Shown: piece after piece, positions 1 through 12,361 of the stretch
Layout of the letters: each line of letters begins with the position of its first letter
Numbering within the stretch: the first letter of the stretch is position 1
Source: Octopus sinensis
Taxonomy: Eukaryota
Assembly: GCF_006345805.1 (NCBI RefSeq)
Contig: NC_043001.1
Coordinates: 45,446,001-45,510,000, forward strand
Reading direction: 5' to 3'
Length of the DNA: 64,000 nt
Program-made: the position numbers and the translations under genes
The notes under the pieces: model-generated
The model's input: the letters and a program-made list of their open reading frames with translations, nothing else
What the model was told of the DNA's origin: nothing
Databases searched by the model: none

Positions 1-728
1 AACGAGAATGGAGAGTCAGTAGATGGTAGATTCTATTAGAATAGAGCTCATACTTTCAATTTACCAAGTGTCAGATTCTGGTGAAACAATTTAAAGGAAG
101 GACAAAATAGAGCGATTTATCAAACATTTCCCTTTACGTTCTGACTTTCATCCAACTTGAATTCATTACAGAGAACATATTCTTGAAACTCTGCCAAATA
201 GTATATTTTCTCAATAAATCTTTGATTTCTCAAACATTTTCCGCATTAATAGAAAACTTAATGAATTAGCATTTAGAACTGAAAACTATATTTAAAATTT
301 TTCTCTCTTTTCCTAATATTTCCTATTATTTCTAACTTCAGTTTGTTTTCTCATGCTGTGATTAGCATCCTTCTACATATATGGAATTATCAAGTGTAAG
401 ATACTTTGACTCAGAAAGTGAGACCATTTAGACTAATTAAATACACACACTTGCATACACGTGTGCACCTCATTACATTTGGCTGCCTGGAATTAATTAA
501 GGTGTGGTTGAAGTGCCATAAAAATGATGACTTACTCCTTAAAAACTTGTGCTTTATGAGGAAATACCTACCATAAGGCTTTGAGACATTACAAATTTAA
601 ATTTACAAACAATTTGCAAAATAACAAGTTGTGAAAAATAAAATATATTTTCTATAAAAATCTGCTCTATTAAATAGTGTTATGAAGAATATTTGGTTGT
701 AGCCTCAAACAAATTCAGCAATACTAGC

Positions 729-890
729 CTAGCTGTGTGGTAAGAAGCTTGCTTCCCAACCATATAGTTCTGGGTTCAGTACCACTGCATGGCATCATGG
801 GCAAGTATCTTCTACTATAGCCTCAGTCCGACCAAAGCCTTGTGAATGGATTTGGTAGACGGAAATTGAAAGAAGCCCATCATATGTGTA

Positions 891-935
<45 letters not shown>

Positions 936-1124
936 TATATATTTATATCTGTGTCTGTCCCTCCCTATCTCATCATTGGTTGATATCCAATGCTGGTGTG
1001 TTTATGTCCCCATAACTTAGTGATTTGGCAAAAGAGACCATTTGAATAAGTACTAAGTTTACAAAGAATAAGTCCTGAAGTTGATTTCTTTGACTAAAAA
1101 ACCCTTTAAGGCAATGCTCCAGCA
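729..1124 (+). mobile_element. tRNA-derived SINE, family A (tRNA-like head, conserved core, central (TA)n, tail)
   Basis: Head GCTGTGTGGTAAGAAGCTTGCTTCCCAACCA...GGTTCAGT (A/B-box-like), core GGGCAAGT-TCTTCTACTATAGCC...GGATTTGGTAGACGGAAA, central microsatellite 885-945, tail GGTGTGTTTA...GAATAAGTACT. Colinear with copies at 2481, 28558 and 38427. Confidence 0.85.
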
Positions 1125-1939
1125 CTAAATTTAATCCTTTAACTGCAAAATTAAACTTCATGGTTATTCCAGTAAGGATGTTAAATATCTACCAAAAGAA
1201 TACCATTGGACTTTTCTACAAGTTACATTCCCCCATTAAATTTGACAATCTCAACAAAAAATAGTTTCAAACATGACATTCCTCAACAAAAGATTGCAGT
1301 TATGAAAAATGAAATTTTGAGTAGATATATCTGATTTCTACAATAAAAAGGTTAAAACCATAGATATGTTAGACTTGCTAGGATTCAGTAAATTTCACCA
1401 TTTAAATGTACTTAATCCAAGCACATTTTGTTATATGTAATATAACTGCAGTCATGACTGTATTAGAAGGGTTTATTTTTATATTTGCAATTAAATCGTC
1501 TTGGGTCTGGTCGCATTATGTGACACTTTGGGCTAGTGTCTTTTACTGTAACCTTGTGAGTTAAAGTTGATAGAAACAGTGAATGTTCTTGGCAAGCACA
1601 TTCCTACATTAGGGTGGTAGGTTTAAATCCACCTCTCCTTTTAATACCAAAACCTGTTCTTAGATTTCTTAAGTGGAGGCCACTCTGTTACAGGCATTCA
1701 GGCTATTTCTCCAGTCTGTGAATAAATTTGTTTTCCTTCCTCCTACTAGTTCCAGAAGAATTGGAAAGAATCATAGGTTCTGCTTCTCCTTTTAATAGCT
1801 ATAAAAAATATATATATAAATATATCTGATTTATTGGAAGAGAGATGTAGTTGATTAAGTGAACAGGTAGTGGGTGAAAGGTGAGAGAGAAGGAAAGTGA
1901 CTGCTTGGTTGTGTGGCTGGGGTGCAGTGTCCACATAGA

Positions 1940-2230
1940 CAACAGGTTAGGAACAATCTTGTAAGAAGGAAAAGTGGTACATTTCTTCTAACCCATTATT
2001 AATGTCAGGGCCTCAACTGCAGGGGAAATGGAGGAGGATGAATAGCCTCAAATTGAGAAGCTATGGAGCTGGCTTGTCTAGAAAGCTAGGACATTGTAGT
2101 AATGGTACAAGTCAGAAAAATCAAATTACAAATCTATGAACTAGTAGTTGAAGAGTGTTGGTGAGTATAGTTTTGCTAATAAGTTGGATGGTCTTCTTTT
2201 AAATGTGGTCCAAGATGGAGCGGGGGATGC
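1940..2230 (-). mobile_element. Degenerate CR1/L2-type LINE, ORF2 C-terminal fragment
   Basis: With frameshifts, the minus strand reads roughly ILDHI-KKTIQLISKTILTNTLQLLVHR..YHYYNV, resembling the LD.IQ..A.RLI...LQ.L.HRR..LFY.YY motif at the end of CR1-group ORF2. Confidence 0.45.
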
Positions 2231-2340
2231 ACATAACCTAATGGTTAGGGTGTTGCACTCACGGAGTGATATTCCTGGACTAGAAAGTTCTTTGTGTTCT
2301 TGAGCAAAACACTTCATCTCATATTGGTCTGTGATTACTT
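2225..2340 (+). mobile_element. Truncated tRNA-SINE head/core, family C
   Basis: TAATGGTTAGGGTGTTGCACTCA head. GTGTTCTTGAGCAAAACACTTCAT is shared exactly with the copy at 41180-41380. Confidence 0.6.
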
Positions 2341-2345
2341 CAACA

Positions 2346-2465
2346 GCTTACAGCCATATCACGTTGAAAGCACTGGTTCTTGTCCGATCACCGAAGTTAA
2401 GCAACGTCAAGCCTAGTAAGTACATAGATGGGTGACCGCTTGGGAAACCTAGGTGCTGTAAGCAT
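2346..2465 (+). rRNA. 5S rRNA: 5S rRNA, full length (120 nt), probably pseudogene
   Basis: GCTTACAGCCATATCACGTTGAA...CCGATCACCGAAGTTAAGCAACGTC...GATGGGTGACCGCTTGGGAA...GTGCTGTAAGCAT matches metazoan 5S. Terminal helix GCTTACAGC/GCTGTAAGC pairs perfectly and a T5 run lies at 2473-2477. Apparent CpG transitions and changes in loop E and the C-box region suggest decay. Confidence 0.92.
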
Positions 2466-2480
2466 CACACACTTTTTATA

Positions 2481-2869
2481 GGCATAGGAGTGGCTGTGTG
2501 GTAAATAGCTTGCTTACGAACCACATGGTTCCAGGTTCAGTCCCACTGCATGGCACCCTTCTACTATAGCCTCAGGCCAACCAAAGCCCTGTGAGTTGAT
2601 TTGGTAGATGGAAACTGAAAGAAGCCTGTCACACATATATATGTATGTATGTATGTATGTGTATATGTCTGTGTGTCTATGCTTTTCCCCTAACTTGACA
2701 ACCGATGCTGGTGTGTTTACGTCCCTGTAACTTAGCGGTTCAGCAAAAGAGACCAATAGAATAAGTACTAGGCTTACAATGAATAAGTCCTGGGGTCGAT
2801 TTGCTCAACTAAAGGTGGTGCTCCAGCATGGCCATAGCCAAATGACAAACAAGTGAAAGAGTAAAAGAG
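2481..2869 (+). mobile_element. tRNA-derived SINE, family A, full length
   Basis: GGCATAGGAGTGGCTGTGTGGTAA head through to the GAGTAAAAGAG 3' end; same architecture as 729-1124. Confidence 0.88.
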
Positions 2870-3037
2870 CTGACATGTGACACACTGTGCACCTGTTCAG
2901 GCAACATCTATTTGATAGAATGAGTGAGCTAATGTACAGTACATAGATTTGGTCACTATTAACAAATCACTTCTGCAGGATGTTCAGCAAGAAGTTACAG
3001 AATAATTTTTCATGGACTATGAGAGATTATCATTATA

Positions 3038-3861
3038 TGAGACGCATTCATTCCTGAAGTTTGAGACTTTTTTTTTTAGGAGAGGCAGTTATAACTGTCC
3101 TAGATTACTGTAATTTTAATATATATCATTACTATACGAAGCTGACCTATCAACTTCTCTTATTCTAGATTGAAGGAGACAGCTGTAACAGTACTTGTTA
3201 CAGATGACTAGTTTGCAGAATGCAATCATAGCATGAAGGCAATTTGGAAGCTTACTGTGCAATAAAGTTTATTGCTAATTGGGCAAAAATGCTACAGAAA
3301 CTTATAAAATTCTCCAGACTGCTTATGGATAAATTTGCAAGTGCAGTGCATCTGCTTTTAGCTGGCACAGGAAGCCAGGCAAAACAAAGTCTCATGATAA
3401 TTCCCTTTTTTGACAAGCACATCATCTACATCCATTGTATTCCTTCTGGCCAGATGGTCAACAAAGAGTATTTTGCAGAGGTTTTGAGGGAGCTCAGGAA
3501 GAGATTTCTTTGCAAAAGCCAAATTACCGGCACTAGGGCAATACACCAGTCTGCAATTCCATCCTGGTAACCAACTACTTGAAAGAGGTGGATATCAAAA
3601 CTGTCCTTCAGTCCAGACCTTGCCCCCTGTACTTTTGGTTGATCAAGTTGTAGGAGAAGATGAAGAAGGCTGTGACAAGAGTTCTGGACATCTTCACTTT
3701 GGAGGACTTCCATGGGTGCCTTCACGGAGTGGTTGGAGCACTATAACAAGTGTATTGATGTTAAAGGAACCTCCTTTGAAGGAGATTAGAGTTTTGTACT
3801 TCTTTGAAATTAATAAATGTCTCTCCAGAAAATGTCTCAAAACTTCTGGAATGCACCTTTA
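3038..3861 (+). mobile_element. Internally deleted mariner (Tc1/mariner) DNA transposon
   Basis: Imperfect TIRs: TA|TGAGACGCATTC..CTGAAGTTTGAGAC and GTCTCAAAACTTCTGGAATGCACCTTTA|TA. Transposase remnants across frames: EAYCAIKF..GKNATETYKILQTAYG; IIYIHCIPSGQMVNKEYFAEVLRELRKRF; SPDLAPC; FTEWLEHYNKCIDVKGTSFEGD. Confidence 0.85.
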
Positions 3862-5289
3862 TATACACACACACACACACACACTGTCCCATATACCTAA
3901 ACAGTATTCCAATGTCAGTGTTACATGAGCACTGTAGTAGAAGTAGCAAACCAATGCTGATCTTATTTGTTGAACTTTGTAGGCTAAAATTAGACTAAGG
4001 TTTAGTGGGAGTAAAGATATGCTAAACGCTAAATATGATTTAGTACTCAAGTACTTTATGGTCAGAGTTCAATATACAGTGATGTAAACATTTTCCAAAC
4101 CCAAGTAGCAGTTTCCTTAAGCATAATTATTTATAGAATATGTAAGGACTATATATCTTTGACTTTATCCCTCCCCTCTCTCAGTACAAAAAATGAGTAA
4201 AGTGAAGGCATATGCACAAGTCTACTACTTAACTTCTAACAGAATTGAGGAAAGGGTTATAGTTGTTTAAATCAACCCTCAATAAAGAGTTGTAACTGAA
4301 TCCCAGAAAGAATTTTGTCAGTGCTTACCAATATGTTATTTACCACTTTCCTACAGCTTAACACATAGTTAATTTGCATAATTTTTCATATCAACATTAT
4401 TCTAAACTAGCTTAATATTTCATTATTAAACTGTAGCTAACAATTTAATCTCCATTCAGTTCCTAGTATTAATGTACACTAAATTAGTAGTATGTAGGAG
4501 TGTGGTTATACTGGAGTCATATATCTTTCATTCTTAAATTCAGCATATATTTCATTCATAAGAAATACAATTTGTTTTCTAATTATGTTAGTATGTATGT
4601 AAATTAAAATAAACTTTTCAACAGAAAAAAAATTACCCAGTCAATGTTTCAGTTCAATTTTTCTATAAATCAGTGTGTTAAGGAAAATTAAAATTGGCTA
4701 CTGTTGTAAGCCAACCTTTTAATATATATGTATAACAAGTATACAATATAAATATATATATATATATATATTATATATACACAGGGTATATATTATAGAT
4801 ATATATACACAAGGTATATATTATACATATACAGCAAAAGTAACGCCCTTTTTTGATTTATTAACTTTTATTGAACAAAAATAAATTACAGTATTCTTTC
4901 TTTTGTTCTTTTAACTTGTTTCAGTCATTTGACTGCGGCCATACTGAAGCACTGCTTTCAGAAAATTTATCAGAAACTACTTGTTTCAGTTTAGGAATTG
5001 TTTTCCATTTGTGCCTGTAAAGCAACATCATTCAGTACACCTCACAAGAAAAATTCAGGTGGTGTTAAACCCGGTGATTGTGAAGGCCACTCAATTGCTC
5101 CACGTTAGCCTATCCAGCTCTACTCAAAATTAAGATTTAACCATTCTCAAATGATTAACCCATAGTGGAGAAGTGTACCATCCTGTATGTCTTATAAAGG
5201 ACATACTGTGAAGTGATTTCCAAACAGGGAGAGTCATGGGGTTGAGAGGACTTCTTTGTTTTGTTGAGGACATTGTAACTTCTCCAAAA

Positions 5290-5510
5290 TATGTACTAAG
5301 ATAGAATGTACCTAGTACACTCTGCAAAGTAGCCAACATTATAAAAGGTCTAAAGCCATAGAAACCAAGCCAAAAATAAAATATATGAACAAGAAGAGAG
5401 TTTCTGATCCATGCAGGAGTGCAGTAACTCTGAGTAAGAACTGATTCTGACTGGAACAACTTGCCCAACCCAGATTAGCATGACAGTAGATGTAAAATTA
5501 TGATGATGAT
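5290..5510 (+). mobile_element. Old diverged copy of the RTE-type 3' core with (GAT)n tail
   Basis: TACACTCTG...AGCCATAGAAACCAAGCCAAA...CCAACCCAGATTAGCATG...GTAAAATTATGATGATGAT aligns loosely with the 3' end of 23168-24112. Confidence 0.5.
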
Positions 5511-5522
5511 TTATATATATAT

Positions 5523-5555
<33 letters not shown>

Positions 5556-7004
5556 GATATATATAAGATCTTAATATTTGTCTATCTAAGTGAAAGTTTG
5601 TAAGAAATAGTAAGATCACTAGGCTGAATAACTTACAACTACTAACTCCGTATTAAACTACTTGAAGTTTATATATCTCTATTTGTCAATATTACATTTC
5701 ATTGCCACCACCCCAGCAGTGCAAGTATAATAATTATCACTAATATCTATCAACTATATCCTCCCTCCTCAAAACAAAAAGGGTTTTATGCCTTTTAGCG
5801 AAGCCAAAACAAAAAAAGCAACATTATTTGTCTGTTGTCTGCTGAATACAAAGGTGTAACAAGATTCAACTGAATTCCTAGACATGACTATATTTAGCAG
5901 CAATGCAGAACACCGATCCTACCTAGTTTGTTATTGATAAAATATAGTGGTTTAGGGGAAAAAATGAATTAGCAATGAATATATTATATAAGAAGCAGCA
6001 GTGAACATGTAATGAGAGGAAGGTGTAGGATAAAAATAGAGCTTATCTCCTTTCCCCATCACCTAACCAGAATATGAAAGAAATATTTATGAATGAAAAA
6101 GTCACAACCAGCTAATGTAATGTGCATAATAAGTAACTAATATTTTAATAAGTGATTTTAGTGTAGAATATGTAGTGGTAGGCTGACAGAAACAGTAAGA
6201 CTACGAAGATAGACAGCAAAGGTAAAAAAAACTAGAGACCCATGAAAATAGTGATGGTCTACATTGGTTAAAATAAGATCCAATTATTAGCCATGAAGGG
6301 AAAGCACATTACACCATTTCAAATAGGGCCCTTCTGTGGAGAATAAATACCTCATATTATAGGTTTCTCTCACTTCAAATGCAGTCAAGGTTCATTGTCT
6401 TTTATCCTTCAAGGATCAGCAAATTAACTACTAGTGTCATTATAAGTGACTGTACTCTCTTAAAAACATTGGCCTTCAACTTTGCTACATTTAGAGTATA
6501 GGGAGTTCCATTAACAAACCTCCATAGAGATGATACAATTAGATGTATGAATGCCTTAACAGCTTAGATATTATAACTGTGTACTGTGGTCGATTCAACC
6601 AACTAGTTTGAGTTAGTAACAATTTTGGGAAAGTGATGAACATTACTTAGTTGTGTAACTGTGTAATTTGGTACCCAAAGTAAGTAATTATTATAATAGA
6701 ATAATTAACACCGTGGTGCAGCATTAAAAAATTATTGAATAAAATCCATAGGCAAGGGTTAATCTTAGCTGGTATGATTTGTATCTCTTCACTCTCTTGA
6801 AAAAAAAAAGACACTGGTTATTGTAGTAAGAAACTCCTAAAAAGTTGGGGTGATCATAGCTGAGATGCTTTTTTAACTTGGGTTTGCTTGATGAGAATTG
6901 ACTTTGGGTTAAATAACAACATAAGATGTTATGTCTTTTTTACTTTCTATCATTCCTCCTCTCTCTCTTTATTTTTCTCAACAATACATATTCCACATTC
7001 ATTA

Positions 7005-7009
7005 TTTAA

Positions 7010-7048
<39 letters not shown>

Positions 7049-7070
7049 ATGATGATGATGATGATGATGA
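7005..7070. repeat. Compound microsatellite (AAAT)n-(GAT)n
   Basis: Directly visible. Confidence 0.95.
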
Positions 7071-7404
7071 AGTAAGAAATATTACAAATCCCATGATGAA
7101 ATTTTCTGTTTTAGAGATACCTGTAGACCATCCTCTAATTTAGTTATATTCCCAAGTATTGCAATGTTAAACAGGTGTTACGTCAAGAAGTAGTGACTCA
7201 TTATTTAGAACTAATCGGAGAGGAAACTAATGGAAAATTTTAAACATTTTTATACCAGAATACTAACAAGAAAAAAAATTAAAAAAGCTACTGAAACAAA
7301 GATAAACTAGAGTATGTAACATATGCCATGGGTACTACTGGAATAAGGTGGGGTGTTGAGCCATAAACTGATACCCATTTAAAGTGAGTTAATATTAGAA
7401 CATC

Positions 7405-7621
7405 CCAAAGGTGGCGAGCTGGCAGAATCATGAGCACACTGGGCAAAATACTTAATGGTATTTCATCTGTCTCAACATTATGAGCTCAAATTCAGCCAAG
7501 GACAACTTTTCCTATCATCTTTTTAAGGTCAATAAAATACCAATTGAGCACTGCAGTCAATTAAATTGACTTAACCCCTTCCCTGGAATTTGCTGGCTTT
7601 GTGCCAAAACTTGAAACCAAC
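7405..7621 (+). mobile_element. tRNA-derived SINE, family B, with 11-bp target-site duplication
   Basis: GGCGAGCTGGCAGAATC head, core CATC-TTTT..GGTCAATAAAATACCA, tail GTGCCAAAACTTGAAACCAA. TSD ATTAGAACATC at 7394-7404 and 7622-7632. Confidence 0.85.
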
Positions 7622-7745
7622 ATTAGAACATCTTTAAATACTACATTACAAATTAACATGTTAATTATTTGAAAGTTGCCTGAATTAAAGCATATTACGA
7701 TATATAACTAAAACATTATGAGCTCAATGGTAATTAAAAAACTAC

Positions 7746-7817
7746 CACTGAATATAAAGCAGCTTTGTAAAATTGAGAAATGATTTGTTTGGCTTGAAGA
7801 GGTATCTTCAACTCCAT
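7746..7817 (-). CDS. Candidate exon of unidentified host gene (MELKIPLQAKQIISQFYKAALYSV in phase 0)
   Basis: Acceptor CTATACTTTTAG| and weak donor GTG|GTAGTT; 72 nt; two frames are open; no homology recognised. Confidence 0.22.
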
Positions 7818-10380
7818 CTAAAAGTATAGTGCCGTTTTTTAAGTTCATTTGCTTTAAATATGATAAATGATAGTAATTTACTTGAATGATTTGCCAATAA
7901 CAACACATTTCTCTAAAATCTTTATTTTCTTTTTTCTTTCATTTGAAAAGAGGAATCTTTAACCAACTTATATAAAGTAGTAATACAATATCTTTTCTTT
8001 TTGTTTTCATTCATTGACATTATCTTACATATTTTGCTTAACTCATCACCTGCATGGCTTGAAGGATTTTGCAAATATTTCTCTCATGAAAAATGAAGAT
8101 GAAGTCTTCAGTGACATGCCAACAAACCCATGGGATTACAAGACAAAAAACAATCCATCTAACTTTCAGAAAGAAAGTAGGATCTTTCTTAAAATTAATG
8201 CGAAATGGAAAATAGAAGTTAATAAGAGGAAAAGAGAGAAATAATAGAAAGCATTTTATATTCTACTTTATTGGACAAGGGTTAATAATAGGTTTAGTTC
8301 ATTACAAAATATGCAACCTCTCAATACATATAAATACAGAAACAAGCTCTCAATACATATAAACTGAAATAATAATAAACTGAAACAAGGTATACTATTT
8401 GAAATGACGTACAACAATATGAAACGCACACACACACACAGGGTTTGCATTGTCAATATATTTATTTCTGATAAAATCTTATATTTAACAATTACTATTA
8501 ATCCTGCAATATGCATTCTATTACTTTTGGACAAAACACTGAACAGTACTTGCACAAGATTTCCAAGCCAAAGTACAAAATTATTAACATTATTACACAT
8601 ATATGAGATTAACAATAGCAAGAGTGAATGAGGTAGGGAAAAATAAAAGTAACTGGCTGCAGACAAGTGATGCTGTAAATATCAATTTCTGCCAGATCAT
8701 CAAAAAAACAAAAACAAAAAAAAAACAAGTAAGTTAGCTACTTACTCTTTAAGATTGAAACCTATATGTAGAATAGAAAGTCTATGAATATCAACTAACT
8801 TTTACCTCAGATAAAAAAGAAAATAACCTACTTCTGACTGAGTGATCAGGAAGTAAAGATGCCAATGCAAATACTAAAGAAACACTGTAATATTAAGACA
8901 GAAAGATATAGTTTGAAATTTGACTATTAGTTATAGCTAGTTGAGTGACTTCATAGATACTTTGTTGTGGATTATGAGAGTCTCATCTGGACTCTTAATC
9001 TCTCCACAACAAATGACAAAAACAAAACAGTATACTTTGCATACATACCACAGCCACTGATCAATTATACAATGAAGCAAAAATACTAAGAATGAAAAAA
9101 CATTAAACAACAAGCACTGTTTATTACTATTGTAAACTCTACTCCCCATAGTCCCTACTGCTACAGTTACAACTACTCAATCCTAACAATCAGTTATATC
9201 TTCAATACCTCATAACACTACAACAATAGCAGCCTAAACATTCTCTCTTCCAAACAATGTAAACATTTAAAACACATATACACAAGTAACTTCATAGCTC
9301 CCAAGCCAATAAATGAGTCTGTGTGTAATCACCAGACCTCCTAGGAAAAGACATACTGTCTGAAATAATGAAAGAGCACATTAGATAATGTTGCTCTACA
9401 TAGATTTATAAAGATAGGATGGACTTTTTAAGTACATGGATGTACTCAATAAAGATCATCCTGGGTCTTAAATAGCAACAATATCATTAGTTTCCAAAAT
9501 TGTACTGAGATACACAGCACTTAAGACAATTGAAGAGAAACTAATTATCAAGCTCTAACCAAGTTTCACCGTGTCCATCACTGCTATGACTAACTAAACA
9601 GAAAGACAGGCAGGCAGGCAGACAATGGAAAAGAAATAAAAAGATTAAAACTGAGGAAAAATTGGGGAGCCTAAACAGATACACTTCATACTGGAGAAAT
9701 AGGATATCAGGAATAATGGATCTCACACCCTAATCACTGGACCATGGTGCATGAGAGATGGGAGAACTAAATGATAATAAAACACAACACTGAAATTTTC
9801 TATGCTGTTAGTTAATAGAACTTTCTGTGAAAGATCCATATTTGTTTCACAAAAAGCAGTTTTAATAAAAGTAAGCAGCCATATCAACATCTTTATAATA
9901 ATACAAGTATATATCCTAATCTCAAACAGCATATACCCGAATCTCAATTTGTTTTCATTTCATTCTTTGAAAGTTAGAAGAGGAAAACAAAGTCCATGAA
10001 CTTTGCATGGATCCCAGATGGATGAGGTTTTTATGTGGTTGAAAATCTAATTGTCAAATCTGTAGCAAAATTTTGTGTCCCAGTTTGAATGCTTGCAAAA
10101 AAGTTGTTTACACTAAAGGCAACCAAGAACCTAGTGGTGATGATTAACTCCAACAGTTATATTTCATACATGTGTATGGCTGGAGTTAATGGTTTCTATG
10201 GGGTGGGGTCTACAAAACTGAGCTACATTATGACACATGCTTTCTGAAATCCGCCGAAACTACACCTGATTATACATACACTTTAGATGAGTTGTAGTGC
10301 ACCTGAGCACTGTACACAATGTTTTTATTATTATTATTATTATTACATATAAAGAAATATAGAGTAGACCAGTAGTTAAC

Positions 10381-10580
10381 TGGTCCGTGGAATAAGCTGC
10401 CGGACGAGATTGTGAAGATGCCGACGACCGCTCGGTTCAAAGTCTCTCTTGACCAGAAATGGCCTGAACTCTTTGTATGACCACCCTCCCTGTACATAAC
10501 TCCCTGTCTCCCTACATGGCCTTGCTTTTGCTTTTTGAGCCAATAAAAATTGAATTGAAAAAATTGAATTGAATTGAATT
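10381..10580 (+). mobile_element. Young 5'-truncated CR1/L2-type LINE 3' end with (AATTG)n tail
   Basis: Reads PWNKLPDEIVKMPTTARFKVSLDQKWPELFV* (WN.LP motif typical of CR1-group ORF2 ends). Short 3'UTR with AATAAA, then (AATTG)n; CpGs intact. Confidence 0.75.
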
Positions 10581-11449
10581 AACCCTTAAACAGCAAACAT
10601 CATAAATTGATGCTTCATTAGAGAACAGCAGATATCATCAATTTAGATTTCAAAACTTTTACCTGGATATGGCCATCATCAACCAATGCCTAAGCATAAG
10701 CAGCCCTTGTTGATGGGAGAAATCAATAATGAAATGTTTTCTGACTTTCCTTTATCATCAGACAAAGTAGATGATAGTGACAATCCTCTAAATAATAAAA
10801 GTAATGCTTCAACTTGCCCAGGATGGAAACGTGCACTAATTTTTCATCATTTGTATATTCATTTGGCAACAACATGAGAATCTCAAATGAATTTATGCCT
10901 GTGCCAGATATGCAAGGGAAAGCGAATATTTTATGTCATTTTTCAATAATGGGACTGTAAATTTTCATAGCTTTTGTACTTACTTAAAGTGAAGATAGGT
11001 ACAAAAATTATCTTGAAGAAAAAAAAAAGATATTTTCTTTTGTTTTTTTGCACGTTCAGCACACACATTCATGGAACCCTTTCCTGCTGTTTAAGGATCA
11101 AAGGGTGTTGACTTCAAATTACATAATGAGATTCCTGTAGGTAATTTGATCAATGCACTTAGTAGTAAGCAATACAATTCACCATGCTGTCACAAATAAG
11201 TTACTGAATATTATGGGAATGTTGACTTCAATAGAGCTGCCTCCTATCCAAAGGCATAATTATTGCTCAAATGCTGCACACCAACAAATTGGGGCTAAGT
11301 ATATCAAAACAAAAGAAAGAAATTATCCTGTGCTCTCCCTGGGCTTTAGAAGGGAGTTATATTTATCATATGAAGACAAAACTTTTCATAGTCTTTACAA
11401 ACAAATGAATTACATATTTTGCCAACAAGCCAACAAAGAAGACTCTACA

Positions 11450-11645
11450 TGAGCACTTCACCTGCAAGAAATAGCAGTGAAAATCCATAAAAGTCATATG
11501 TTGTCATCTTTAAAAAAGGGGAAGATACACTGGATAATGTAGTCACTGACATGGTATGACTGAGAATAAGCTTGGTTGGTCATGACTCAAACATCCTGAC
11601 CATATATTATCTTGATTGATCAGAGCTGGCCAAGGGTTAAACAAA
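11450..11645 (+). repeat. Old interspersed repeat, family E (~200-250 bp)
   Basis: Motifs (GA)CCTGC.AGAAATAGCAG.CAAAT, GGATAATGTAGTC and G.TGGTCAT..CT recur at about 14560-14750(+), 25080-25265(+), 40150-40320(-), 49050-49250(-), 54480-54650(+), 63850-64000(+) and in both arms of the 12.4-13.4 kb fold-back. Confidence 0.6.
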
Positions 11646-12361
11646 ATTGTATTCTGATATAACTGACTAACTGATACTTTTTACTTTGAAACAGGAAGAA
11701 AAGAGATTAAAACAACAGAGGATTTAAGCAAATGGAAACAGAGAGGAAGCTTCCAATGTGATACTCAATCCCAGTCATTTCCATGATGGTCATATGGCAA
11801 AGAGTTGTAAAAGAAACATCTAATTATTGTATCTGTTTCAGCAAACAACTAAAATAAGTTGAGCCACCCCCAGCAAGTAAATCTACAACTGTGGATTCAC
11901 TAACAAAGTTTCATTGAAAATATGGGTTTTTTTCAAGCATACTACTACATTACCATATTTGATAAACAATATCAATAATCAAAAATAAAAATGAAGCACT
12001 TCCTTAGTAGGCAGTATCATCGTCATCATGACTTCAGCATCCAATCTGCAACTGCTGATATACTTTGGACAGATAGTAATATGTAACTAGGAAGGTAACT
12101 AAGTGTTCTATATTAAAAATATAAAGAAGCAGTGAGAGAGAAAAAAATTTATTTCATTCCATAAACCAACCAGCCGGTGTAACACCACCCACCTCCAACT
12201 CATTATTATCAAAGCATAAAATCTTTTTCTTTTCTTGCCTTTTGTTCCACAAAAGATATTTAAGTTTAACAATGTATGAAAATAGTATATATATATATAT
12301 TTATGTTAAATGAGCTGTTTTGTTTGCATGTATATTTAAATACATGTTTTTAAAAATTAAT

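Noticed and set aside
342-395. Plus-strand 54-nt exon-like segment (LFSHAVISILLHIWNYQV)
   Set aside because: It has a strong pyrimidine tract and donor but no recognisable homology and no compatible partner exon that I could support.
3244-3928. ORFs 3244-3570, 3426-3725 and 3620-3928 as host genes
   Set aside because: They are fragments or antisense readings of the decayed mariner transposase.
10686-11452. ORFs 10686-10877 and 11153-11452 in unique sequence
   Set aside because: No recognisable domain, no convincing splice boundaries, and lengths compatible with chance.
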